Below are positions 7,830 to 16,830 of a DNA stretch of 64,000 nucleotides, one piece after another. The DNA is from Candidatus Heimdallarchaeota archaeon (GTDB lineage: Archaea; Asgardarchaeota; Heimdallarchaeia; Hodarchaeales; Hodarchaeaceae), in the NCBI GenBank assembly GCA_011364965.1, contig RDOB01000004.1:96001-160000 (forward strand), read 5' to 3'. Each line of letters starts with the position of its first letter. Within the stretch, counting starts at the first letter, position 1. The notes below the pieces were generated by a model. That model did no database searches. It was not told where the DNA came from and saw only the letters and a program-made list of their open reading frames with translations. The position numbers were made by a program, and so were the translations under genes.

Positions 7830-10753
7830 GTAATTTCAGATAATATGTCAGCTCGCGCGATTCTTAGTGTTTCTAGATTTAATTCAGGATGATATCTACT
7901 CAAAAAGTACAAATATCCTCCTGTTATCTCTTGCATCACCAAAAGCAAAAGGTATGACCACAAATGAATGAAATGTCTTCCCCTATAGACCCCTGAATCA
8001 GAAATGAGATTTTTAAGTAGATCAGTGTACGTTTCTGCTTTGCTCATAGGAATAGAACGAAGTAAAGAAGCTCCTCGCGTATTTGTGCTGAAGATAGTGA
8101 GAGAGATTTTTTCCTTCTTTATCTGATGTGCTAGGGATATACAATCTTCAATAGCGAGTTTTACTGCAAGATCAATACCTAAATTCCGCAATGATTTCTC
8201 TCGAGAAAGATTTGTAGTTGGATCTACAAGTAAGGGTATATTAGTAGCTCCGTCTGTGATGAGTATTATCATAGGTATCGTTTCATGTTTACTACGAATT
8301 CTATCAAGTTTAATTAACTCTAACGCCTTCTGTAAACCTCCAGGCAGTGGGGTTGAACCTGATGCACGAAGATCCATAAGTTTGCGTTTTACTAAGTTCA
8401 AATTGGACGTGGGTGGCTGAATTATTACCCCTTGTGTTCCTTGTAAGACTACAACACCAACACGATCACGATAAAGATAAGCTTGTCTACTTAACCAAGT
8501 CACAGAATCAGAGACTGATTTGATGGTATTAACTATTGATTCAGATAAATCTAAAACGAAAATTATCGTAGCTGATACTCTCGTACAGTAGACGTTTTCT
8601 CGGATATCGTCTTTTTCTATTGAAAATGGAACTCCTTTTTGCAATAATCCTTCCCTATAGTTTCTTAAAATTGCGTTTTTAATCGTGGCGAGGATATGCA
8701 TATTTTTAGGTATTATTTTAAAATCTTGATGGCCAATTACTCGTCCCGAATCGAGACCAGTTATACTTAAAGCGCGTTTACCTATTTTGCTTCGAATTTT
8801 TGAATCAGGTTTGGATTTGATGCTAGGTGAAGAGTCAAAGACAACTTTAACTGGTTTTGTTTCCTTTGATGTTTGTGCAATAGATGCAATCAATGGAATA
8901 CCATCTTTTTCCTCTGAACTTTGACTTTTTACCAAATTTAAATCCTTTAACTTATCCATTAAATTCAATCCATACTCTTCAGTCCGATTTGGAATTTGAG
9001 GGGCAGAATCCTTGGGTGATATATGAGATCCAATTCCACCGCTTTCTAATGGTATACTAGTTTCAGAGGGTGACGCACCAATATCTGCAACTCGTTTAAT
9101 CTGCCATTGCTTTTTCATTAAAGCAGATATAACTCCAATCGTAACCAAACACAAAAAGAAGAAGATTAAACCCAACCAGAATTCAGGAGGTAGTATTAAT
9201 ATTAAGTAGGTATATAGTATTATACTTACTAGGAGTATAATAATTCCATATATAGACAACCAAAACCGCTGGCGCTCTGTAGGAGAAATCATTCCCCTTC
9301 TTTGCCTTAATCCGAAGAATCGGAGAATTCCTCCTTTTTTACTACGGTTTTCTTCAATATCAAGAATAATTTCAGTTTTGGGTTTTGTTTTAGCTTCTTT
9401 TGTTTTCTCAGTTAATTTTAAACTTTTTACGCGGGAAAAAGAGGTTATATTAGGTTTTTTCATGTTCTTGGTCAGGATTCCATGTTCTTCCATAATTTTT
9501 TGTCGTCTTTTAAACCATAAAAAGAGAAGGAAGGAGGAAAATCCCCATAAAACAATGATACTAAAAAATTTTAATAGCATTTCTGGAACAGAGAATATAG
9601 TTACCAGTATAATAGCAATTAAATATGCTCCAACAGTGATTCCTAATATAGAGGCAAACCATTCAATTATCCTCCTCTTTTGCAAATGAGATTCATCACT
9701 ATATGGAAGCTTTCTAGAGAGATTGATTTCGGAAGAAGCTGTAGAATCAGTTTGGCTAGATGGCATTTCCGATTTAATTAACTGCTGGAGAATTTGAATT
9801 TTTTCGTTAGATACTCTATGATTTAAAACGAAGGGAGCAAGTAATATAATATCCTCTTTAATAACTTTGGATCTCCCATCGAGGCTAGCGAGAGCTCGTG
9901 CACCACGAGCCAGTGCTATATCAGCTCTTTGGCCTTGAAGACCTGCGCGAAGACAGAGAGAAGCGATAAAGTTAAGACATTCCTTTGAAATTATAACATT
10001 TTGTAGGAGTATTCGGGAGTTAGTAATAATTTTGTTGAATTTTGATTCTTCTAAGGAAAAATGCAAACCATTGGGAGAAATGTTACGCTCAAGTATATCT
10101 ATCCTTTGATTAATGGTATTATCATATTGTATTCTATATGAAAACGCAAATTTATCAAGGATAGAACTTGAGATATCTGAAAATCCTGTATTTATACTGG
10201 AAATTAAACAAAAATTACTCGGGTGTTGAAAGGAGAGCATATCTCTTTGAATTATATTTGTATGATTCTTCCATATTTCCAAAATGATGTTTAAGATGTT
10301 TGGGGGTAATAAATGTAGATCATCGATCAACAGATATCCGTTGTTAACCCTACCTAGAATTCCAGGACGAAAAGTTAATTTAATATCAAAACTTCCAATA
10401 ATAGCCTCTATTGAAGCATGGGGAGGTAAAAAAATTAGGGGCGAAAACCCCCATACTTTCGTTCTTATTCCTGCTTCAACCCTTTTTAAACAGGAGGAAC
10501 AAAGGTTCTCCTGATCGAAAGAACAATTGTATGGACAGTTCTCGATTTTCTGGAGGGGAATTTTCATTTGAGAAAAACCTCTCAAGAATTGGGACTTACC
10601 AACACCAGTTTCACCTAAGATGACCAAACCATCGATTGAGGGATCGATAGCTAATAACAATAGAATTAACTTGAGATATTCATTGCCTTGAAGCTCAGAA
10701 AGACCTAAAAAATTATAGTATCTTGGTTTAGATTCATTCTGATCTTCAACCAT
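7826..10753 (-). CDS. ChlI/ChlD-like chelatase AAA+ module - 4 TM helices - vWA domain fusion
   Basis: Walker A GETGVGKS, CPYNC..CSSC motif, 'PGILGRVNNGYLLIDD', 'GQRAD'; vWA MIDAS DLSES, TPL, ITDG. Start reassigned to the ATG at 10753 (MVEDQ), 14 nt after the upstream stop. Confidence 0.8.
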   Translation of the reverse strand: MVEDQNESKPRYYNFLGLSELQGNEYLKLILLLLAIDPSIDGLVILGETGVGKSQFLRGFSQMKIPLQKIENCPYNCSFDQENLCSSCLKRVEAGIRTKVWGFSPLIFLPPHASIEAIIGSFDIKLTFRPGILGRVNNGYLLIDDLHLLPPNILNIILEIWKNHTNIIQRDMLSFQHPSNFCLISSINTGFSDISSSILDKFAFSYRIQYDNTINQRIDILERNISPNGLHFSLEESKFNKIITNSRILLQNVIISKECLNFIASLCLRAGLQGQRADIALARGARALASLDGRSKVIKEDIILLAPFVLNHRVSNEKIQILQQLIKSEMPSSQTDSTASSEINLSRKLPYSDESHLQKRRIIEWFASILGITVGAYLIAIILVTIFSVPEMLLKFFSIIVLWGFSSFLLFLWFKRRQKIMEEHGILTKNMKKPNITSFSRVKSLKLTEKTKEAKTKPKTEIILDIEENRSKKGGILRFFGLRQRRGMISPTERQRFWLSIYGIIILLVSIILYTYLILILPPEFWLGLIFFFLCLVTIGVISALMKKQWQIKRVADIGASPSETSIPLESGGIGSHISPKDSAPQIPNRTEEYGLNLMDKLKDLNLVKSQSSEEKDGIPLIASIAQTSKETKPVKVVFDSSPSIKSKPDSKIRSKIGKRALSITGLDSGRVIGHQDFKIIPKNMHILATIKNAILRNYREGLLQKGVPFSIEKDDIRENVYCTRVSATIIFVLDLSESIVNTIKSVSDSVTWLSRQAYLYRDRVGVVVLQGTQGVIIQPPTSNLNLVKRKLMDLRASGSTPLPGGLQKALELIKLDRIRSKHETIPMIILITDGATNIPLLVDPTTNLSREKSLRNLGIDLAVKLAIEDCISLAHQIKKEKISLTIFSTNTRGASLLRSIPMSKAETYTDLLKNLISDSGVYRGRHFIHLWSYLLLLVMQEITGGYLYFLSRYHPELNLETLRIARADILSEIT

Positions 10754-10767
10754 AAAATAAAGGGCTC

Positions 10768-11238
10768 CTAAATAGAAGTTCCTTCCGTTAATGGATTCTC
10801 TCCTTTTCTGATAAAGAAAAATAATAAGGTTAAGAGAAAGCAATTTGCAGAAGCCAACGTAAAGATTTCTTCCACGAAAGCTATTAATAACAATACACCA
10901 ACGAACCAAAGAACAGAAATGACAGCTGCACGACGAATAACCCACTTTAATAATATTCTTTCTTCTTCATTCAATCCTTCATCGATTGCAAGCATAATTA
11001 CAACATAACCAAAATTATATACAAAAACCATCATTCCAACAAACAAAATTAGTAAAAGCACAGTTTGCATTAAGATGAGGATAGGAGAACTTGTCTGAGC
11101 ATACCCTGAATATGTAAGTAATGCAACTGATCCGAATATAATTCCAAAGAGGAGAGAAAAAAAGACACCCTTGTGATCTGAGATCCAACCACTAATACCT
11201 TGAGGTGATTTCTTTTGTTGCTGCCACTGCACTTTCAA
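10768..11238 (-). CDS. Hypothetical 4-TM membrane protein
   Basis: Four hydrophobic helices; TTG start preceded by GGAG; first gene of the AAA/vWA-arrestin operon. Confidence 0.7.
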   Translation of the reverse strand: MKVQWQQQKKSPQGISGWISDHKGVFFSLLFGIIFGSVALLTYSGYAQTSSPILILMQTVLLLILFVGMMVFVYNFGYVVIMLAIDEGLNEEERILLKWVIRRAAVISVLWFVGVLLLIAFVEEIFTLASANCFLLTLLFFFIRKGENPLTEGTSI

Positions 11239-11308
11239 TCAAGCTCCAAATGTATATTTTCGAATGAGTGATTAAATCTACTGAATGATGAAAGTAAAAT
11301 CCTTCCTA

Positions 11309-13195
11309 CTAAAAAAACTTCATGGAGACATGCGTAAGTGGAGAATGAAGTTTGATTCCCGTACGCTCTTCAACCAAAGCAATTAGCTCCTTATATAACT
11401 CTAAATAATCCACCTCTGAGTTATTTGTTAATCCAGGGATGTTAATCTTATTAGCCTTGGCAATCTCTATAGCTTCTTCATATCCAGCTGCAGCATGACG
11501 TAAAACTGCAGACATAGGATCCCACGTGAGAACACGGAAAAGTCGCTCCTGAGAAAGTTGAGTCCCATCAGCTACACATACTTGCCCAGCATGCAAGGAA
11601 TATCCAACACCAACCCCTCCTCCCCCGTGATAACTCGTCCAAGTTGCTCCACATAAGGAATTCCCAAGGAGATTTAAAACAGCATAATCACCAATTGCAT
11701 CTGATCCATCTTTCATTCCTTCAGTTTCGCGATAAGGACTAGCAACAGATCCACCATCAAGATGATCCCTTCCAATAATGACGGGAGCTTGGATTAATCC
11801 GTCAAAATACAACTTATTTAGAAGCATTCCAAAAGCTGCCCTTCCTTTGTAACCTGCCCAGAACACACGAGCGGGAAGTCCATTTTCAAAGGGAATGAAT
11901 CGGGAAGCCAGATCTAACCAATTTAAAAGCATAGGATCGTCTTTGAACAACATCTTTGCATACTCATCCGTCACATAAATATCTGCAGGATTATTAGATA
12001 AAGCTGCCCATCTGAAAGGCCCCTTTCCTTGACAAAATAGGGGTCTGATGTAATTGGGGACAAAGCCTGAAAAATTGAACGCGTTTTTTGCTCCTGCTGA
12101 ATGAGCTTGAGCTCGAATATTATTCCCATAATCAAATGTTTCCGCGCCTCGCTCTTGTAACTTCAACATGGCTTCTACATGTTTTTTCACTGTTTCATAA
12201 GCCAATTGTTTATATTTAGTGGGATCACTTTTTCTAAGAGATTCTGCTTGAGAATAGGTCATACTAGCAGGTACATATCCATTTAACATATCATGAGCGG
12301 AAGTTTGATCAGTTAAAACGTGGGGAGTAATGTTATTTTCAAGTAAATATTCTAAGAGATCAACTGCATTACATAAAACGCCAATAGAAGTTGCTTCTCC
12401 TCTTTCAACATATTCTTTTGCAAGAAACACACCTTCCTGTATATCATTCACTTTATTATCTAAATAAGGAGTCCCTTTACTCCTACCCTCATTGAACATA
12501 CGATCCAAATTTGAGGGATCTATCTCGGCGATTAATCCGATTTTCCCAGCCATTTTGATAGCTAACGCTTGAGCACCTCCCATTAATCCTAAACCTGCGG
12601 TAACTGCCAGATTTTGTTCAAAATGGGAGAGTTTGGGATAATTAGAGTTATTTTCTGCAGATTTAATCGCGGCAACAAAAGTTTCGTATGTACCCTGTAT
12701 GATTCCCTGAAGACCAATAAATATCCAACTACCTGCAGTCATTTGTCCATAAACAGTCAAACCAGCATTAACCATTTCCTGAAATGACTGGGTCCAATTG
12801 GGTACGATTACTGAATTGGTAATAACACAACGTGGGGCAAAGGGATGCGTAATCATCTTACCATAAGGAACTCCTGATTGCATGAATAGCGTTTCATTAG
12901 GTTTCAGGGTTTTTAGATATTCAATAGTGTCAAAAAAAGCTTTCCAATTCCTCAGGGCTTTCCCACTGCCTCCATAAATGAAAAACTTTTCCCAATCCTT
13001 CCCATTATGGAGATTCGATATTAAAGCACGAATAATACCTTCGGTTTGCCATCCTGCTTCAGTCTTTGGCACGAGAGCGTCGTTTCCTCGGGGAAGTGGA
13101 GGAATTGTATCTGGTTTTATATCCAATCTTAGACGAGTTGATTCGTCTAGCTGGTACTTTCCCTCAATAATCTCCTGCAGACGTGACTTTTTCAT
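11309..13195 (-). CDS. hutU: Urocanate hydratase
   Basis: 'YGQMTAGSWIFIG', 'TDQTSAHD', 'FDYGNNIR', 'GRDHLD', 'HGGGGVGVG'. Confidence 0.96.
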   Translation of the reverse strand: MKKSRLQEIIEGKYQLDESTRLRLDIKPDTIPPLPRGNDALVPKTEAGWQTEGIIRALISNLHNGKDWEKFFIYGGSGKALRNWKAFFDTIEYLKTLKPNETLFMQSGVPYGKMITHPFAPRCVITNSVIVPNWTQSFQEMVNAGLTVYGQMTAGSWIFIGLQGIIQGTYETFVAAIKSAENNSNYPKLSHFEQNLAVTAGLGLMGGAQALAIKMAGKIGLIAEIDPSNLDRMFNEGRSKGTPYLDNKVNDIQEGVFLAKEYVERGEATSIGVLCNAVDLLEYLLENNITPHVLTDQTSAHDMLNGYVPASMTYSQAESLRKSDPTKYKQLAYETVKKHVEAMLKLQERGAETFDYGNNIRAQAHSAGAKNAFNFSGFVPNYIRPLFCQGKGPFRWAALSNNPADIYVTDEYAKMLFKDDPMLLNWLDLASRFIPFENGLPARVFWAGYKGRAAFGMLLNKLYFDGLIQAPVIIGRDHLDGGSVASPYRETEGMKDGSDAIGDYAVLNLLGNSLCGATWTSYHGGGGVGVGYSLHAGQVCVADGTQLSQERLFRVLTWDPMSAVLRHAAAGYEEAIEIAKANKINIPGLTNNSEVDYLELYKELIALVEERTGIKLHSPLTHVSMKFF

Positions 13196-13348
13196 TTTTG
13201 GGCCTCATATAAAGAAATATTATAAACTCCAATTGAATAGTTAAAGATGAAAATACAGAAGATATACTTCATTTAAAAATCTAAGTTCTGAATAATTAAG
13301 AAAAATCTATAGTAATTAAAAATTGAAGAAAAACGGATAAAAAGCTGA

Positions 13349-14053
13349 TTATGACTTTTGGAGCTGAGAAATGATAATATCTCGGATTACCATCTGGATA
13401 GGTTGAATAATCCGCTGAACTGCCTGTGGACGCTGTTTTGGATTCCATTCACCACGAGTCCACGCATCTTTCAAAGCACTGAGGGCTTCTAGGCAACTCA
13501 CCTCAAATGTACTGGCAAACGTGTCTCGTAACTTGTCAGAAATGCCTGCTTCAATCATAAGACGTCCAACATCAGCAGCAGAGATCCGGGTTTCAGCAGG
13601 TAAATCCATTTTATTTAACATAATTGCCATTTTTACCTCTCTACTATACAATTTATCACCTAATATAGTAAATAATTCTATTAAACTCTCTCTATTCTCC
13701 TCCCAGCGAGCTTTCTCGGAATCAATGACAACAATTAAGCCATGCAGTCCATTAATGACAATTTTTCGCATTGATTTAAACCGATCTTGTCCTGGGGTGG
13801 TGAAAAGATGGTACTTAAATGCCTTTCCAGCACCAGTGCCAAGACCAAAGGTAGCTTGGTCAAATCCGATTGTACGTTCTGTTGCTTTGTCTTCAAGTTT
13901 TAAAAAATTGTAAACACTCTCAGGGTCTTCTTTCTTCTTAATTGCGTGAAATAAGCTTAGGGCAGTGGTCTTCCCAGCCAAAGTTGGGCCCCAAAAAACA
14001 ATTTTTACCCCTTGTTGAGACTCTTCAAAAACCAGCTCTTCTTCTTGGCTCAA
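13349..14053 (-). CDS. Small Ras-superfamily GTPase, MglA-like
   Basis: G1 GPTLAGKTT, G2 ERTIGFD, MglA-type G3 TTPGQ, G4 NKMD. Confidence 0.85.
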   Translation of the reverse strand: MSQEEELVFEESQQGVKIVFWGPTLAGKTTALSLFHAIKKKEDPESVYNFLKLEDKATERTIGFDQATFGLGTGAGKAFKYHLFTTPGQDRFKSMRKIVINGLHGLIVVIDSEKARWEENRESLIELFTILGDKLYSREVKMAIMLNKMDLPAETRISAADVGRLMIEAGISDKLRDTFASTFEVSCLEALSALKDAWTRGEWNPKQRPQAVQRIIQPIQMVIRDIIISQLQKS

Positions 14054-14365
14054 TGATGCTTCCTCGGGTAATTTGACAGTCTATCTGATGAATAATTCGA
14101 TTGTAACTGTATGAAAATTCAAAGAGTAGAGAAATACTTTCATTCTACGTTCTTGAACAAATCTAATTTAAGATTAGTATTCCTAATATATAATATTTGG
14201 CAAATTCATTCTAGACTTGCTTCTTCTGAAAGTTGATAGAAAGAGGAAAACCCTAGTATTTTTAAAAAAACCATTATTATAATATTATTATCTTCTCAAC
14301 CAAAAAAAATTCCGTGAATATAATAAGAAAGATAAAGAAATGTCTATTTCGGAGGATCTAATTAA

Positions 14366-15091
14366 ATGGAAATTACTTTTGATGTATTAGCTGTCTCTCC
14401 CCATCCTGATGACGCAGAAATTGGGTGTGGAGGCACTTTAGCGAAATTAGCACAGGCAGGGCACAAGGTAGGAATAGTTGATTTAACTAACGGTGAACCT
14501 ACCCCGTTTAATGATGATCCTGATATTCGGATAAAGGAAGCGAAAAATTCAGCAAAGATTCTGGGAATCAGGAGGATAACTCTTGATTTACCAAATAGGC
14601 AGTTGATGGATACAATTGAGGCAAGAATAGAACTAGCTAGAATATTTCGTCAGACAACACCAAAAATAGTAATTGGTATGCAAGGGATGACACCTGGTGC
14701 ATCACCAGATCATTATCAAAGTCAACTTATCTTTGATGCTGCAATTTTTTATAGTAGATTAACAAAATGGGAACATCTATTTAATGGATTAAAACCTTGG
14801 AGAATCGAACATGCATATTATTACTATACTGCGAGAGAACTAACTCAGATCAATCATCCAACGCAATTCATTTCTGATATAAGCTCATTCTTTGAAACAA
14901 AAAAGAAATCCCTTTTATGTTATCAATCCCAGTTCAAGGCTCACTCCTCGTATAATCCTCCAATTGTGGATTGGATTGAGGGAATGGGACAATATTTTGG
15001 GTCGCTAGCTGGATTTAAGTATGGAGAAATCTTTTTCGGTATGAAAATTCTAAATATTGATATATTTGAACATTTTCTTCAGCAAGACTAG
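14366..15091 (+). CDS. bshB1: PIG-L/LmbE deacetylase, BshB1-like (bacillithiol biosynthesis)
   Basis: 'SPHPDDAEIGCGGTL', 'IVDLTNGE', 'PDH', 'CYQSQF', 'YGE'. Confidence 0.78.
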   Translation: MEITFDVLAVSPHPDDAEIGCGGTLAKLAQAGHKVGIVDLTNGEPTPFNDDPDIRIKEAKNSAKILGIRRITLDLPNRQLMDTIEARIELARIFRQTTPKIVIGMQGMTPGASPDHYQSQLIFDAAIFYSRLTKWEHLFNGLKPWRIEHAYYYYTARELTQINHPTQFISDISSFFETKKKSLLCYQSQFKAHSSYNPPIVDWIEGMGQYFGSLAGFKYGEIFFGMKILNIDIFEHFLQQD

Positions 15092-15765
15092 CAGAAAGTA
15101 ATAGAATTAAGCTTCCCGATCTTATTCTCTTCAATTATCCTTTGAGCTAGTTCAAAAGCATAATTCAAATCGATTTTAGAGATCCCCGGGACACCAAAAG
15201 CTATTAAATATGCAGCTTGTGTATTGAGAGTTATTTTTGTTCTCTCTGCATCACGATGGGGAAATATGCATATAATTCCTTCTTGATCAGAGAGTACCAA
15301 TTCAGAGTGAGAGAGGGGTTTGGGTTCATTCATTCCAATACCCCAAAATGCTTCACCAGATTCAGCAAATCTAACATTTAAGGGATGTTTAATAGAGAGT
15401 TTATCATAAGCTCCGAGTGAGATTCCTGAAGCTGCAGAAGCTAGATTATAGGCATTTACAAACGTATTAATTTTCCAAATATTGTTTTTTATCAAAATTC
15501 TTCGAATAAGTGCCTCGGAAGCTGGTCTTACCTTTGTTGGGTCTGCAATGCCCCACTTCCAATAAAAATCACGATAAGCCCTTATAAGAGGGGAATCTTT
15601 CAGTGTTTCCGTAGTATATTTTTTCCTAATCTCTTGGAATATCTTATTTTGTGAATCAGCTAGAATTGCGAGATCTTTCGAAACTGAAACATCAATAAAT
15701 TCAGCTATACCTAACCTTAATCCTTCCTTCTTTTGCGAGGAAGGAATCAACCAATTAATTTCCAT
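15088..15765 (-). CDS. Stand-alone B3/B4 domain protein (PheRS-beta editing-like, putative trans-editing deacylase)
   Basis: 'YRDFY..GI.DPTKVRPASEALIRR', 'INTFVNAYNLAS', 'GAYD', 'RDAERTKIT'. Confidence 0.85.
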   Translation of the reverse strand: MEINWLIPSSQKKEGLRLGIAEFIDVSVSKDLAILADSQNKIFQEIRKKYTTETLKDSPLIRAYRDFYWKWGIADPTKVRPASEALIRRILIKNNIWKINTFVNAYNLASAASGISLGAYDKLSIKHPLNVRFAESGEAFWGIGMNEPKPLSHSELVLSDQEGIICIFPHRDAERTKITLNTQAAYLIAFGVPGISKIDLNYAFELAQRIIEENKIGKLNSITFC

Positions 15766-15801
15766 CAGCTATTCAACCAAGATTCACCCTTCGGGAAATT
15801 C

Positions 15802-16725
15802 TTAATCATCATATGACCGAACAATTTTCGCAGCAAATAATGCATATTCCAAGAATTCATTAGGCTCCAATTGATCAATGGAATCTTTCAATGCTGTAAG
15901 AATTCGAGTTTGTTCATCCTCATTGCGTGATACAGGTTGCGAAAGACATTTAGAATAAAAAATCGCAGAATCTTGAAACTCCCCAAGGTGATATAATCCA
16001 TCTGCTAAAGATTGATACTCTTGTATATGATCAATTCGAGTCTCAGCAGTTAGATCATCGAGTAAAGATGCATAGTGTTTTAATGCGATTATAGCACATC
16101 GAAGGCCTTCAATAATAGCATGTTTTGCTAGCCGATCACAGATCCTCCCCCTAAGATCAATGATTCTTTCTTCCTCTTCAGGTTTGTTTACCCTTAGTTT
16201 CACGAGACTTGTATTAACTCGCCAAAATTGAGGAATTTCATAGCCTTGAATAGGATCAGGAAACTGCTGTAATATTCTGGATTTGATACCATGAGCTGCC
16301 AAGTCTTTAACTTCGCTCTCAACCCCAAGTATTTCAGATATTCCAAATTCACGGAATTTATGTTGATAGAAAGAACGAAGATAACTATAATAATCGAAAT
16401 TTTCGGGATAGATCTCCTTAATATAGTGTAAGACAGTTCTTCGGAACTGCTCGTATTTAGATGGTTCTAATAACTGAAATAATTGGATCTCAGATCCATG
16501 CACAATTGAAACGGAAATGATTTGTCCTTCAGGACCATCAGATTCGATTTTAAAAATAGCAGTCCCCTGTGGAAGGGAGATAGGAATACTCACTCGCTTT
16601 TCAAATACTGCTTTACCTAAATCGGTACTTTCTATCCAATCTTCCATTAAAAGATTGCTGAATATCCAGAGCTCTGGTTGATTGGAGATTTCCAGCAGAG
16701 TTCTTCGAGATCGTTTTCTAGGCAA
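15802..16725 (-). CDS. Hypothetical protein with C-terminal TPR-like helices
   Basis: 'YQSLADGLYHLGEFQDSAIFYSKCL' fits a TPR consensus; the rest is unrecognised. Confidence 0.6.
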   Translation of the reverse strand: MPRKRSRRTLLEISNQPELWIFSNLLMEDWIESTDLGKAVFEKRVSIPISLPQGTAIFKIESDGPEGQIISVSIVHGSEIQLFQLLEPSKYEQFRRTVLHYIKEIYPENFDYYSYLRSFYQHKFREFGISEILGVESEVKDLAAHGIKSRILQQFPDPIQGYEIPQFWRVNTSLVKLRVNKPEEEERIIDLRGRICDRLAKHAIIEGLRCAIIALKHYASLLDDLTAETRIDHIQEYQSLADGLYHLGEFQDSAIFYSKCLSQPVSRNEDEQTRILTALKDSIDQLEPNEFLEYALFAAKIVRSYDD

Positions 16726-16830
16726 AAGAATATCCTTCTTCTTTTAGAGATGAATAACTCCTCACATAGTTTCTCAAAAGGATTTCGATAATTTTTGGTA
16801 AATTTCTACACTTTGCTTATAATTATTAGG

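Noticed and set aside
7826-10753. Mg-chelatase as evidence for (bacterio)chlorophyll synthesis
   Set aside because: No chlH/chlI or other tetrapyrrole genes in the window, a TM insertion and degenerate ATPase motifs. ChlD-like proteins are common in non-phototrophic archaea.
10754-10945. N-terminal 64-aa extension of the 1039-aa ORF
   Set aside because: It overlaps the upstream membrane gene in another frame. ATG 10753 gives a normal 14-nt gap and begins at the ChlI-like N-terminus.
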